A DNA stretch of 32,000 nucleotides. Origin: Candidatus Saccharimonadota bacterium. GTDB taxonomy: Bacteria; Patescibacteriota; Saccharimonadia; Saccharimonadales; Saccharimonadaceae. Positions 23,898 through 32,000 of this stretch are shown here, in pieces (the first letter of the stretch is position 1; each line of letters starts with the position of its first letter). The DNA lies in NCBI RefSeq assembly GCF_025273655.1, contig NZ_CP045921.1, positions 150,001-182,000 on the forward strand, in the 5' to 3' direction. The notes beneath the pieces are model-generated. The model was not told the origin of the DNA. It ran no database searches and saw only the letters and a list, made by a program, of their open reading frames with translations. Both the position numbers and the translations under genes were made by a program.

Positions 23898-25115
23898 ATG
23901 CAGCGGTTTGTTTACTCAGCCAAGGACGAGCAGACGCAAAAAGTCGTTAAGTCCGTCGTGCAGGCCGACTCAGAGCGCGAAGCTGCTAAGTTGCTACTTG
24001 CACAGGGCTTATCGCCGCTCTCGATCCAGGAAGAGGCTGAAGGCAATATCTTCACGCGCTTGACGCAGCGTATTTCGAGTAAAGACAAAGTTACCTTCAC
24101 ACGCTCACTGGCGACACTGATCGAAGCTGGACTACCGCTGTCGCAGAGCTTGCACACAATTGTTGATCAGACACAAAATCCAAAAATGCGCCAAGTCGTG
24201 CAGGATATCATTGTATCAGTCGAAGGCGGGCACTCACTCGGTGATTCGTTCGCTAAGCATCCGCAGGTGTTCGACAGGATATTCCTGGCTCTGATCCGTG
24301 CCGGAGAGATTTCGGGTACACTTGATAAAGCACTACGCCGAATCGCCGATCAGCAAGAAAAGGATGCCGAAACCATGCGCAAAGTTCGTGGTGCGATGTA
24401 TTATCCGGGAATCGTCCTGGTGGTTATTATTGCAGTTGTCGTTTTCATGATGGTGACAATCGTGCCACAGGTTGCCAAGCTTTATGAGGGGTTAGGCAAG
24501 GATCTGCCTTTACTCACGGCTGCACTAGTTGCGACATCTACCTTTATTGTGAAGTTTTGGTGGCTAGTTTTGATATTATTTGGACTAGGTGCATATTTCT
24601 TCCGTCAATACCTCCAGACTGAGTCGGGAGTGCGGTTTGCCGACCGTATCAAACTCAATGCTCCAGTACTGAAAGGTATGTTTCGTAAACTCTACATGGC
24701 TAGGTTTACGCGCACCGGCGAGACACTTCTTAGCACCGGAGTACCTATGCTTGATATGCTGAATATCGCTGCTGAGTCGGTAAACAATACGTTTGTCGGA
24801 GAGAGTATCCATAATGCAGAAGAGCAGGTGAAAGGCGGCGTTGCACTGTCGAAGGCGCTCAAAGACCAAGACTATATTACGACGCTCATACCTCAGATGA
24901 TCAAAATTGGTGAGCAGTCTGGACAGATAGATCAAATGTTAGGTAAGGTCGCCAAGGTATACGAGGATGAGCTCGACGAGCAAATTAAAGCGCTCTCGAC
25001 GACCATCGAGCCACTACTTATGGTGGTCATGGCGGTATTTGCTGGCGGTATCGTGGTAGCAATTTTGTTCCCAATCTATAATCTCGTTACTGTGACCGGC
25101 GGAAACCTCAATTAA
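23898..25115 (+). CDS. pilC: Type IV pilus platform protein PilC (GspF family)
   Basis: 405 aa. It has two T2SSF repeats (…LATLIEAGLPLSQSL… and …LLSTGVPMLDML…) and 3-4 TM segments. Confidence 0.95.
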   Translation: MQRFVYSAKDEQTQKVVKSVVQADSEREAAKLLLAQGLSPLSIQEEAEGNIFTRLTQRISSKDKVTFTRSLATLIEAGLPLSQSLHTIVDQTQNPKMRQVVQDIIVSVEGGHSLGDSFAKHPQVFDRIFLALIRAGEISGTLDKALRRIADQQEKDAETMRKVRGAMYYPGIVLVVIIAVVVFMMVTIVPQVAKLYEGLGKDLPLLTAALVATSTFIVKFWWLVLILFGLGAYFFRQYLQTESGVRFADRIKLNAPVLKGMFRKLYMARFTRTGETLLSTGVPMLDMLNIAAESVNNTFVGESIHNAEEQVKGGVALSKALKDQDYITTLIPQMIKIGEQSGQIDQMLGKVAKVYEDELDEQIKALSTTIEPLLMVVMAVFAGGIVVAILFPIYNLVTVTGGNLN

Positions 25116-25220
25116 GCTATAGACAGTATGCGGGGGAGTGGAGTATGATAAGCATAAGCGCTATTGTCGCGCAGCAACATAATTAACTTCACTATTCATA
25201 CGAAAGGTGGAACGGTTCAT

Positions 25221-25712
25221 ATGAATAACACAAACAAACAACAGGGTGAAGGCTTCACCATCATCGAAGTCGTGCTGGTGCTTGCCATCGCTGCACTGAT
25301 TCTTCTTATGGTATTCCTAGCACTTCCTGCATTGCAGCGTAATCAACGAGATACGACTCGCAAGAATGACGTCAGCCGTCTGCAATCGGCAATCAATAAC
25401 TATAAGTCTCGTAATCGTGGTGCATTGCCAACGAATTACACTACTTTCTTTGAGAGTGATCTTCGTCGCAACAATGACTTGTTTGATGATCCGTCGGCAG
25501 GTCCGTACACAGCTGATGTAATCGCGAGCGGCACATTCTCTGCAGGCACTGGTCAGGAAGAGTACGACGATTCGACTGCCGCCAAAATCTATATTTACCG
25601 AGGACTTACCTGTAAAGGTGAGGACGCGGTGGGTACGATCAACCCCTCTGCCCGCAAGGTCGCTATCGTTAAGCCACTTGAGGGTGGAGGCCGACACTGC
25701 GCAGAAGCCTAG
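25221..25712 (+). CDS. pilA: Major type IVa pilin candidate
   Basis: RBS AAAGGTGG (25203-25210). Class III signal MNNTNKQQGEG|FTIIEVVLVLAIAALILLMVF, with Glu at mature position 5. A C-terminal Cys pair (LTCKG…RHCAEA) forms the D-region. A strong terminator follows. The upstream 19 codons of the ORF track are rejected. Confidence 0.85.
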   Translation: MNNTNKQQGEGFTIIEVVLVLAIAALILLMVFLALPALQRNQRDTTRKNDVSRLQSAINNYKSRNRGALPTNYTTFFESDLRRNNDLFDDPSAGPYTADVIASGTFSAGTGQEEYDDSTAAKIYIYRGLTCKGEDAVGTINPSARKVAIVKPLEGGGRHCAEA

Positions 25713-25740
25713 TCCTATAGGCGCGACAATGATTCTTGTA

Positions 25741-25772
25741 GAAAACTACGGTCACACACGACCGTAGTTTTC
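25741..25772 (+). terminator. Rho-independent terminator after the pilin gene (GAAAACTACGGTC-ACACAC-GACCGTAGTTTTC)
   Basis: A perfect 13-bp stem read directly, with a U-run in the 3' arm. Confidence 0.75.
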
Positions 25773-25791
25773 AGTTGTCAAGAAATAGCGT

Positions 25792-26697
25792 ATGATAGAG
25801 CTTATGATTGAAGCTCTGATTGTAATAGGTTTATGTATATTTGGTGCGGCGCTGGGTAGCTTTGCTGCAGCGACAGTGTGGCGCTTGAGGGCGGCGCAGC
25901 TGGCGGCAGATGCAGCGAGGGGTGAAAAGATTGCTCGTACCGATACTCTGGAAGTGGAAAAGCTAACACGTCATAAGCGATCTGTCACGACCGATAGATC
26001 GGTATGCTTGCACTGTGGCCACCAGCTGAGATGGTATGAGCTGCTGCCGGTTATAAGTTGGGTAATCCAGGGGGGTAAATGCCGCCACTGCAAGCGTCCT
26101 ATTGGTAGTATGGAGATTTTGGCAGAGGTGCTACTTGGTGTAGCGTTTGGTCTGTCGTACGTACTGTGGCCGTACGGTTTTAGTACTGATCAGGGTATTG
26201 TCTTCTTCGTGCTATGGCTCCTAATCCTAACTGCATTAGCAATTCACTGGATGTATGATGCGCGCTGGTTTTTGCTACTCGATAAGGTGACTATATTTCT
26301 CCTGGTGGTCGCGATTTTATTTGTGGCGCTAAAGCTAGCAGGCCAGTCTTCGCTATTGCTGACGCAGTCCCTGATTGGATTGGGCCTGACGCTTGTAGCG
26401 CTTCCAGGGTTTTACGGACTACTCTACATCGTATCTCGGGGCGCCTGGATAGGGCTCGGTGACGTGAAGCTTCTGGTGCCATTTGCATTAATGCTGCCTA
26501 GCTGGGAATCGGGTATCCTGCTCATCTTCCTTGCGAATCTTATAGGGTGCTTGGTGCTGTTACCCGGTATGCTAACGAAGAAGCTGACGCGTACTACTCG
26601 CGTGCCGTTCGGGCCATTTCTTATCCTAGCGTTCATTGTGACGTTTTTGTGCGGACAGCGCATACTTGATTTCTACTTCGGTACGATTTTGTTCTAA
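25792..26697 (+). CDS. pilD: Prepilin peptidase / N-methyltransferase PilD (A24 family)
   Basis: Cys-rich motif CLHCGHQLRWYELLPVISWVIQGGKCRHCKRPI. Catalytic Asp motifs (…YDARW… and GLGDVKL). Polytopic. Confidence 0.95.
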   Translation: MIELMIEALIVIGLCIFGAALGSFAAATVWRLRAAQLAADAARGEKIARTDTLEVEKLTRHKRSVTTDRSVCLHCGHQLRWYELLPVISWVIQGGKCRHCKRPIGSMEILAEVLLGVAFGLSYVLWPYGFSTDQGIVFFVLWLLILTALAIHWMYDARWFLLLDKVTIFLLVVAILFVALKLAGQSSLLLTQSLIGLGLTLVALPGFYGLLYIVSRGAWIGLGDVKLLVPFALMLPSWESGILLIFLANLIGCLVLLPGMLTKKLTRTTRVPFGPFLILAFIVTFLCGQRILDFYFGTILF

Positions 26698-26710
26698 TAC
26701 TTTGCGCTTA

Positions 26711-26719
26711 TGCTATAAT
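26711..26719 (+). promoter_or_regulatory. Extended -10 element (TGCTATAAT) 9 nt upstream of the minor-pilin ATG
   Basis: Read directly. There is no Shine-Dalgarno sequence between it and ATG 26729, which implies a leaderless or near-leaderless transcript. Confidence 0.4.
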
Positions 26720-26728
26720 CAAACACAA

Positions 26729-27562
26729 ATGGGCAGCAAATTTTCATCCGGCTTCACGATTATCGAGTTGATGCTTTTTCTGGCAATTACGGGACTATTG
26801 ATCGCGGGCATTTTGGTGAATGCGGCCAACTCTCTCAATGACCAGCACTACAGAGATGGCGTTGAGGCGACAAGAAGTATTATCAGCGCGCAGTATGCCA
26901 AGGTGTACAGCCTGACAAACGACAGTGCGGTGGGGGATTCGGCAAATATTGACCCTTGCCAAGTACTTGAGGGTAATGATTCGGCTGTGGTACGCCGCGG
27001 CACTTCCGACTGTCTCTATGTAGGAAGACTGGTGCAGATTATCCCTGGAACTAATGCTTCAACTATTCGTGTCTCTCCTGTGGTTGCCAAGCCAAATGCT
27101 GCATACAATCCTGCGCGTGTGTATGATAATCAGCAGAGCGGTGCCGCAGCTGCCAATACGAGCTCTAGTACGTTTGCGCAGCGCTACCAAGTGGCACGTT
27201 ACGATGGTAACAGTGACCTTGTACAAAATCAGGAGATGGAATGGGGTCTTGCTGCTGTGAGACCGAGTAGTGACAATCAGGTGGATATGGCGCTGCTTAT
27301 TTTGCGCTCACCCATAGATGGTACTGTGCAGACATATAATGTACTCGCTACAAACCCTGGTGCGATCAACTACGCAAACCTCAGCGACAGACTTACAAGC
27401 GCCAACCTGACAGATGTGAAGTTCTGTGTGGCGGATCTTTCTGGTGCACTCGACCCCGCACAGCGTATGGCAGTGATTATCCATAAGGCAGCAACAGGGC
27501 CCGGTGATGTTGAGACGCGCCTCAATAACCCGGCAAACGAAGGCGGGGGCGCGGCATGCTAG
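26729..27562 (+). CDS. Minor pilin / pseudopilin (277 aa)
   Basis: Class III signal MGSKFSSG|FTIIELMLFLAITGLLIAG. The ORF-track N-terminal extension (from 26666) overlaps pilD and is rejected. Confidence 0.8.
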   Translation: MGSKFSSGFTIIELMLFLAITGLLIAGILVNAANSLNDQHYRDGVEATRSIISAQYAKVYSLTNDSAVGDSANIDPCQVLEGNDSAVVRRGTSDCLYVGRLVQIIPGTNASTIRVSPVVAKPNAAYNPARVYDNQQSGAAAANTSSSTFAQRYQVARYDGNSDLVQNQEMEWGLAAVRPSSDNQVDMALLILRSPIDGTVQTYNVLATNPGAINYANLSDRLTSANLTDVKFCVADLSGALDPAQRMAVIIHKAATGPGDVETRLNNPANEGGGAAC

Positions 27563-28179
27563 TCCGTCAGCGCGGTGATACGTTGATTGAGGTGTTGTTT
27601 GCGGTTTCGATTTTTAGCGCCATAGTCGTCGGTACAATCATAATTATGAATCAAGGTATATCATCGGCACAAAATGCTCTGGAGATCAACTTGGTACGTA
27701 ACCAGATCGATACGCAGGCCGAGCTGCTACGACATCTCAATAACGCCAAGCTTACCTCACTAGGGCGCAATACGACGGCCGAGTCAGTAGAGTGGGATAA
27801 GGCAGTGGCAAATGCTTCGGCGGAAGCACAGCCATATTCGGGTGATGGCGGTATCAATTCTTTTGACCAGTGTCGTCCTGATAATTTGCCGGGCAATGCC
27901 TTCTTCCTTGATCCTACGACGGGTCGAGTACAGACGAGAGATCGTATCGCGGATGTTTCGACGTTTGCGCAAATCCAGACTGGTACTAGTGGTGGGTCGG
28001 CACTTTCAAATATGCTTTGGGTGCAGCCTGTTTCTTCTCGCAACGACACTAGCGATGCAGCGCTGACGTTGACTGATTATTATGATTTCCATATTCGCGC
28101 CTGCTGGGATTCTCCTGGTGCTGGTGGCGGAGTGATGAAACTAGGTACGATAGTGAGGTTGTATGTCCCACGCACATAA
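27556..28179 (+). CDS. Minor pilin-like protein with non-canonical prepilin signal (G|DTLIE)
   Basis: MLVRQRG|DTLIEVLFAVSIFSAIVVGTIIIM. Gly-1 and Glu+5 are retained but the +1 residue is Asp. It overlaps the upstream gene by 7 nt. Confidence 0.65.
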   Translation: MLVRQRGDTLIEVLFAVSIFSAIVVGTIIIMNQGISSAQNALEINLVRNQIDTQAELLRHLNNAKLTSLGRNTTAESVEWDKAVANASAEAQPYSGDGGINSFDQCRPDNLPGNAFFLDPTTGRVQTRDRIADVSTFAQIQTGTSGGSALSNMLWVQPVSSRNDTSDAALTLTDYYDFHIRACWDSPGAGGGVMKLGTIVRLYVPRT

Positions 28180-29086
28180 GACGCAACGTGGTTTTACTCT
28201 TATTGAGTTGATGCTGGGTATTGCATTTGTAGGTTCGCTGCTTGTGCTGATTGCCCTTATCATCATTCAGATCATGGGCCTCTATAACAAAGGCCTCACG
28301 CTTAAAGAGGTTAACGAGGTATCTCGCGTGGTTGTGCGCGATATGCAGCAGAGTATATCTGGTGCAGACGCGTTTCGTTTGCAGTACGTCAAAAACAACG
28401 TGCCGACCTATGCCACGACACTACAAGAAGCTGTCAATCCGGGGGGTAACAATAGCCAGGTGGATTATTATAGTAACGATGCCGGCGGTCGCCTCTGTAC
28501 GGGCGTGTATTCGTATGTATGGAACACTGGTGGTGCTATTCGTGCAGTGCGGGATGCACCTTACAACTTCACAAGTTCGGTCACGACATATCACCGGCCA
28601 GGCAACAGTAGTGCACCGGCCACAGGCTATCCTATTCAGTTTGTTACACGCACCAGCACCGATGGCAGCACAAAGCAGGTGCCTGTTCGCTTCATGAAAA
28701 AACGAGATGCCGCCAAGGAGCTCTGCCGTTTGCCAGCAGGTGATCAATTAACTACCACAACTCACGATCGCGCCTTGGGCGATGAAAGTGAATATTCGAA
28801 TGTATTTGGCACGGGAAATAACGAACTAGTATTGTACGATTTCTCAATTGAGACGCCTCTGAAGCCGACCACAGAAGAGCGAACTGATGATATTACTGCT
28901 GTGTCGACGTTCTATTACGTCAAAATGACACTTGGAACCCAAAACGGCGACGAAAATACTCAGAATGGCCTGATTGCGTCGAACGAGCTTTGTAAACCAC
29001 CAGTAGAGGCTACCGAGAACGAGGGTGAATACTGTGCGGTCAACAAAATTGATTTTGTGGCACGAACAGGTAGAATTGGAAACTAA
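28163..29086 (+). CDS. Minor pilin / pseudopilin (307 aa)
   Basis: Class III signal MSHAHKTQRG|FTLIELMLGIAFVGSLLVLIAL. It overlaps the upstream gene by 17 nt. Confidence 0.8.
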   Translation: MSHAHKTQRGFTLIELMLGIAFVGSLLVLIALIIIQIMGLYNKGLTLKEVNEVSRVVVRDMQQSISGADAFRLQYVKNNVPTYATTLQEAVNPGGNNSQVDYYSNDAGGRLCTGVYSYVWNTGGAIRAVRDAPYNFTSSVTTYHRPGNSSAPATGYPIQFVTRTSTDGSTKQVPVRFMKKRDAAKELCRLPAGDQLTTTTHDRALGDESEYSNVFGTGNNELVLYDFSIETPLKPTTEERTDDITAVSTFYYVKMTLGTQNGDENTQNGLIASNELCKPPVEATENEGEYCAVNKIDFVARTGRIGN

Positions 29087-29116
29087 CGTGGTATGATAGA
29101 AGCACAAGGGGGATAC

Positions 29117-30370
29117 ATGAGACATCAACAGAGACGACAGACACAAACGGGCGCAGTATCGCTGTTCGTGGTGATCTTTACGGCGCTGTTGTTCGTCGCG
29201 GTGACGGTTGGATTTACAATACTTATGCTCTCGGATCAGCAACAGTCAACTGACAATGACTTGGCCCAAAGTGCACTCGATTCTGCAAACGCGGGAACCG
29301 AAGATGCCAAACGTGTCCTGGCGCAGTATTCTGACTGTCAGGAGCGAGGGCTGAATACTGGTTCTTGTGCGAGTATTCGGGCGGCTTTAGATCGCAATCA
29401 GTGCAACACAGTCAACGCCGCACTCGGCTCTTCAAGTGATCTGTCGGAGCGCAAGGTGCAGCAGACTGAGACAAATGACAACGCGAGTGCACTCCAGCAG
29501 GCGTATACTTGTGTCAAAATCACCCCAAATACCGATACCTATGTTGGCAAAACGCGCAGTGAGGGAGATATTCGTCTCGTGCCACTCAAGACCGACGGTG
29601 CTGCATTTGATACGATTCAGATTAGTTGGCTCAAGCGTGATGACATGAATCTGGAAAACGGTAATCCGCAGTTCTCGCCTTTAGCTGATTATGCGGATGT
29701 GCCGGCCGCACAGCGTGCTGATTATTTGCGGCTGCCTACCAAAGCCGACTGGCGCAATGATCGCCGCGGGGCAGTGCTTCGTGTCGGCATGATGCAGTAT
29801 CAGCCTGGGTCGGTCAATCTTAATGATCTTGACGATAAAGCGCGCGCAGTATTCTTGTACTCCGGTAGCACGGGTCTCAGTAATACACCGGCCGGTGCAA
29901 TCAATCTCGACAACGCAGATTTGCATCGCCCACTAACAAGCGCTAATCAAGCTGGTCTTGATGCAAAAATCTACAATTATCCCTACGAAGCACATTGTGC
30001 AGACGTAGCGCAGGGGTATATGTGTACAACGTTTGTCCGCATCCCAAGTGGTATGGACACGTCACGCTTCCACTACCTGACACTTGCTTCGGTGTATCGT
30101 GACACGAGCTTCGAAGTGCGAATCCTCAATGGTACCAATACCGTCCAGTTCAAAAACGTACAACCAGAGATCGACGTGACGGGTCGTGCCAACGACGTAT
30201 TCCGTCGTCTCGTTTCACGTGTCGAGTCGGCTGATGCAAGTGAAGCGCCGTATCCGCGAGCGGCTGTCGGTACCAATGGTGATATCTGCAAGAACTTCGT
30301 TGTCACGGATGATCCTGACGATTATCACAGCGATGCGCCATCGACATGTGCGGACATTACTCGCCCGTAG
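29117..30370 (+). CDS. PilX-N-like large minor pilin (417 aa), candidate pilus-tip component
   Basis: ATG 29117 follows AGGGGGA. MRHQQRRQTQTGAVSLFVVIFTALLFVAVTVGFTILM…LAQSALDSANAGTEDA resembles the PilX N-terminal domain. There are eight Cys residues. The ORF could start at 29093. Confidence 0.6.
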   Translation: MRHQQRRQTQTGAVSLFVVIFTALLFVAVTVGFTILMLSDQQQSTDNDLAQSALDSANAGTEDAKRVLAQYSDCQERGLNTGSCASIRAALDRNQCNTVNAALGSSSDLSERKVQQTETNDNASALQQAYTCVKITPNTDTYVGKTRSEGDIRLVPLKTDGAAFDTIQISWLKRDDMNLENGNPQFSPLADYADVPAAQRADYLRLPTKADWRNDRRGAVLRVGMMQYQPGSVNLNDLDDKARAVFLYSGSTGLSNTPAGAINLDNADLHRPLTSANQAGLDAKIYNYPYEAHCADVAQGYMCTTFVRIPSGMDTSRFHYLTLASVYRDTSFEVRILNGTNTVQFKNVQPEIDVTGRANDVFRRLVSRVESADASEAPYPRAAVGTNGDICKNFVVTDDPDDYHSDAPSTCADITRP

Positions 30371-30386
30371 CTACAGGTTGGAGCAT

Positions 30387-30416
30387 AAAATAACCGGCTA
30401 TATAGCCGGTTATTTT
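30387..30416. terminator. Bidirectional terminator (AAAATAACCGGC-TATATA-GCCGGTTATTTT)
   Basis: The stem is flanked by an A-tract and a T-tract. It lies between the convergent minor pilin gene (stop 30370) and the xer gene (stop 30415). Confidence 0.75.
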
Positions 30417-31341
30417 AGTCGCTATGAAACTTCTCGTGTATTTCGCGTAGATGTTCGTCGGTGACATGAGTATATACCTGTGTGGTGCTGATATCTGCGT
30501 GGCCTAGCATAGTCTGGACGCTGCGAATATCGGCGCCATTCATGAGCAGGTCGGTGGCAAAGCTATGACGCATGGTATGCGGGCTGACATGTTTGGTAAT
30601 ACCGGCTAGGCGGGCATATTGGGATATCATACGCTGCACACTGCGAGGTGTTAGTCGCCGATAGTCCCCGGAAGTATCGACTGCGCCCGCGTTACGACTA
30701 TAGCTGATGAAGAGCGGGGTCAGGCTGTCGGTGCGGGCATCAAGATACTGCTCCACGTGTTCGGCTGCTGCATTGCTGATAAATACTGGACGGTCTTTTT
30801 GTCCTTTGCCGCGTACCATGAATTCGCGCCGAGTAGTATTGATATGATCACGATTGAGATTACAGAGCTCAGATACGCGCAGTCCACTCGAAAAGAGGAG
30901 TTCTAAAATAGCGCGATCTCGTAGTCCCGCCTCATCACTCGCGTCGACCTGAGCGCGCAGTCGTTCGATCTCGTCGAAATGTAGGAAAGTAACTTGTTTG
31001 CGTACAGTCTTGGGTAATTCAATCTTGTTGGGTGACAGTGACTCGATGTCACGTTTGGCGAGGTACTGTAAGAAGCCACGCAGGGCAATCAAGTGATAGC
31101 TCTGGGTTTTGAGTGACAGCGCCTCTTCGTGGTCGTTTTTATAGCGATTGAGCCACAGGCGATATTTCCGAATCATGTCGGATGTTATTGTGTCCACAGG
31201 TGGATTATCGGCAAACTCAGAGAAGCGCTCGAGGTAGTGCGTATAGTTTTCGGCGGTTTTGCTACTACGGCCACCCTCGACTTCGAGCGACTCGACGAAA
31301 TCGTACATGAGTGACGAGAAATAAGTATCTACCGCTTCCAT
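30415..31341 (-). CDS. xerC: Tyrosine recombinase, XerC/XerD family
   Basis: The C-terminal catalytic region HTMRHSFATDLLMNGADIRSVQTMLGHADISTTQVYTHV carries the R…HxxR…Y residues, and there is an N-terminal SAM-like core-binding domain. XerC and XerD cannot be distinguished here. ATG 31341 is preceded by TATAAT (31349-31354 on the minus strand) with 7-nt spacing. The ORF could extend to GTG 31365. Confidence 0.9.
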   Translation of the reverse strand: MEAVDTYFSSLMYDFVESLEVEGGRSSKTAENYTHYLERFSEFADNPPVDTITSDMIRKYRLWLNRYKNDHEEALSLKTQSYHLIALRGFLQYLAKRDIESLSPNKIELPKTVRKQVTFLHFDEIERLRAQVDASDEAGLRDRAILELLFSSGLRVSELCNLNRDHINTTRREFMVRGKGQKDRPVFISNAAAEHVEQYLDARTDSLTPLFISYSRNAGAVDTSGDYRRLTPRSVQRMISQYARLAGITKHVSPHTMRHSFATDLLMNGADIRSVQTMLGHADISTTQVYTHVTDEHLREIHEKFHSD

Positions 31342-31417
31342 GAGTACTATTATACCCCATGACACTAGAGGTGGCAGGATGATATACTAAGAGTAGACAG
31401 TTAACAAAGGAGCTTAC

Positions 31418-31927
31418 ATGGCCAAGACCGAACTCGAACAAACTCTGATTGTATTTAAGCCCGATGCCCTACAGCGCGGCCTCATAGGCGAAATTCTCAC
31501 GCGCTTCGAACGTGTAGGGCTGCGTATTGTTGGCACCAAAATGCTGGCGCCAGGTAGTGATCATTACTTCACTCACTACGAAGAGATTGGCAAGCTCAAA
31601 ACGCGTGCAGGCGACCATATCTTCGATATCACGCTCCAGATGATGGGAGAGGGCCCGGTGATTGCCATGGTGCTCGAAGGTGTTGAAGCTGTTGCTCTTG
31701 TCCGCAAAATGGTTGGTGGTACTGAGCCGAAATCATCTGCACCTGGTACAATCCGTGGTGACTTCAGCCATATGAGCTATGCCTATGCCGACAACAAGAA
31801 GAAGGGTATTCCAAACCTCATCCATGCCTCCGGTGATCCTGCCGAGGCCGAGCAAGAAATCAATCACTGGTTTGCCGATTCTGAACTGTACGACTACGAA
31901 GCGCTGCACGAGAAGTTCACACGCTAG
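31418..31927 (+). CDS. ndk: Nucleoside diphosphate kinase
   Basis: TLIVFKPDALQRGLIGEILTRFERVGLRIVGTKM, then GTIRGDF, then NLIHASGD containing the active-site His. RBS AAAGGAG (31406-31412). Confidence 0.95.
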   Translation: MAKTELEQTLIVFKPDALQRGLIGEILTRFERVGLRIVGTKMLAPGSDHYFTHYEEIGKLKTRAGDHIFDITLQMMGEGPVIAMVLEGVEAVALVRKMVGGTEPKSSAPGTIRGDFSHMSYAYADNKKKGIPNLIHASGDPAEAEQEINHWFADSELYDYEALHEKFTR

Positions 31928-31947
31928 GCGACAGGGCTGGGCTGTAT

Positions 31948-31980
31948 CAAAAGCGACCTCGCTATCAGGGGTCGCTTTTG
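31948..31980 (+). terminator. Rho-independent terminator after ndk (CAAAAGCGACCTC-GCTATCA-GGGGTCGCTTTTG)
   Basis: A 13-bp stem including one G.U pair, with a U-run in the 3' arm. It is followed by TATAAT at 31982-31987. Confidence 0.75.
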
Positions 31981-32000
31981 GTATAATCAGAATAGTTTGC

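Noticed and set aside
1-32000. Possibility of an alternative genetic code (UGA recoding, as in some CPR lineages)
   Set aside because: TGA terminates well-supported genes at the expected lengths (e.g. pilM at 19199-19201, pilN at 19999-20001, tlyA at 7111-7113), and no conserved protein is interrupted by an in-frame stop.
1-32000. CRISPR arrays, tRNA or rRNA genes, and intact IS elements or transposases
   Set aside because: No regularly spaced direct repeats were seen. I could find no T-loop (GGTTCGAATCC-like) or other tRNA signature in the intergenic regions. The only recombinases are a truncated serine recombinase and a housekeeping-type Xer.

Overview
The window looks like a compact, monoderm-type bacterial genome. 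The tight gene packing and a secretin-less type IV pilus (T4P) locus suggest a Patescibacteria/CPR organism, possibly Saccharibacteria-like, but that lineage call is inference and cannot be confirmed without a database search. Composition is mosaic, judged from hand counts of single 60-nt lines. (1) A core backbone at about 50-53% GC carries rpsF-ssb-rpsR-efp, tlyA, ychF, xer and ndk. It also carries a complete T4P locus at 18.1-30.4 kb: pilM-N-O-x-B-T-C, the major pilin, pilD and four minor pilins. (2) GC-rich patches (58% in line 4261-4320) encode three secreted lipolytic enzymes: an SGNH hydrolase and two tandem GYSGG (LIP/CalA-type) lipase paralogs. (3) A low-GC island (32-42% in the lines counted) spans about 8.2-13.4 kb and begins with a 5'-truncated large serine recombinase abutting ychF. 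The island carries a SLATT-like 2TM protein, a PAP2 phosphatase, a membrane protein with a four-fold repeat, a small acidic secreted peptide and an OmpR/HisKA two-component system. A translationally coupled pair lies immediately upstream of the pilus operon: a membrane-anchored 303-aa protein and an unassignable 1114-aa secreted protein. Several genes appear to be leaderless, with a -10 box 4-9 nt from the start codon. I found no rRNA, tRNA or CRISPR array, and no sign of stop-codon recoding.
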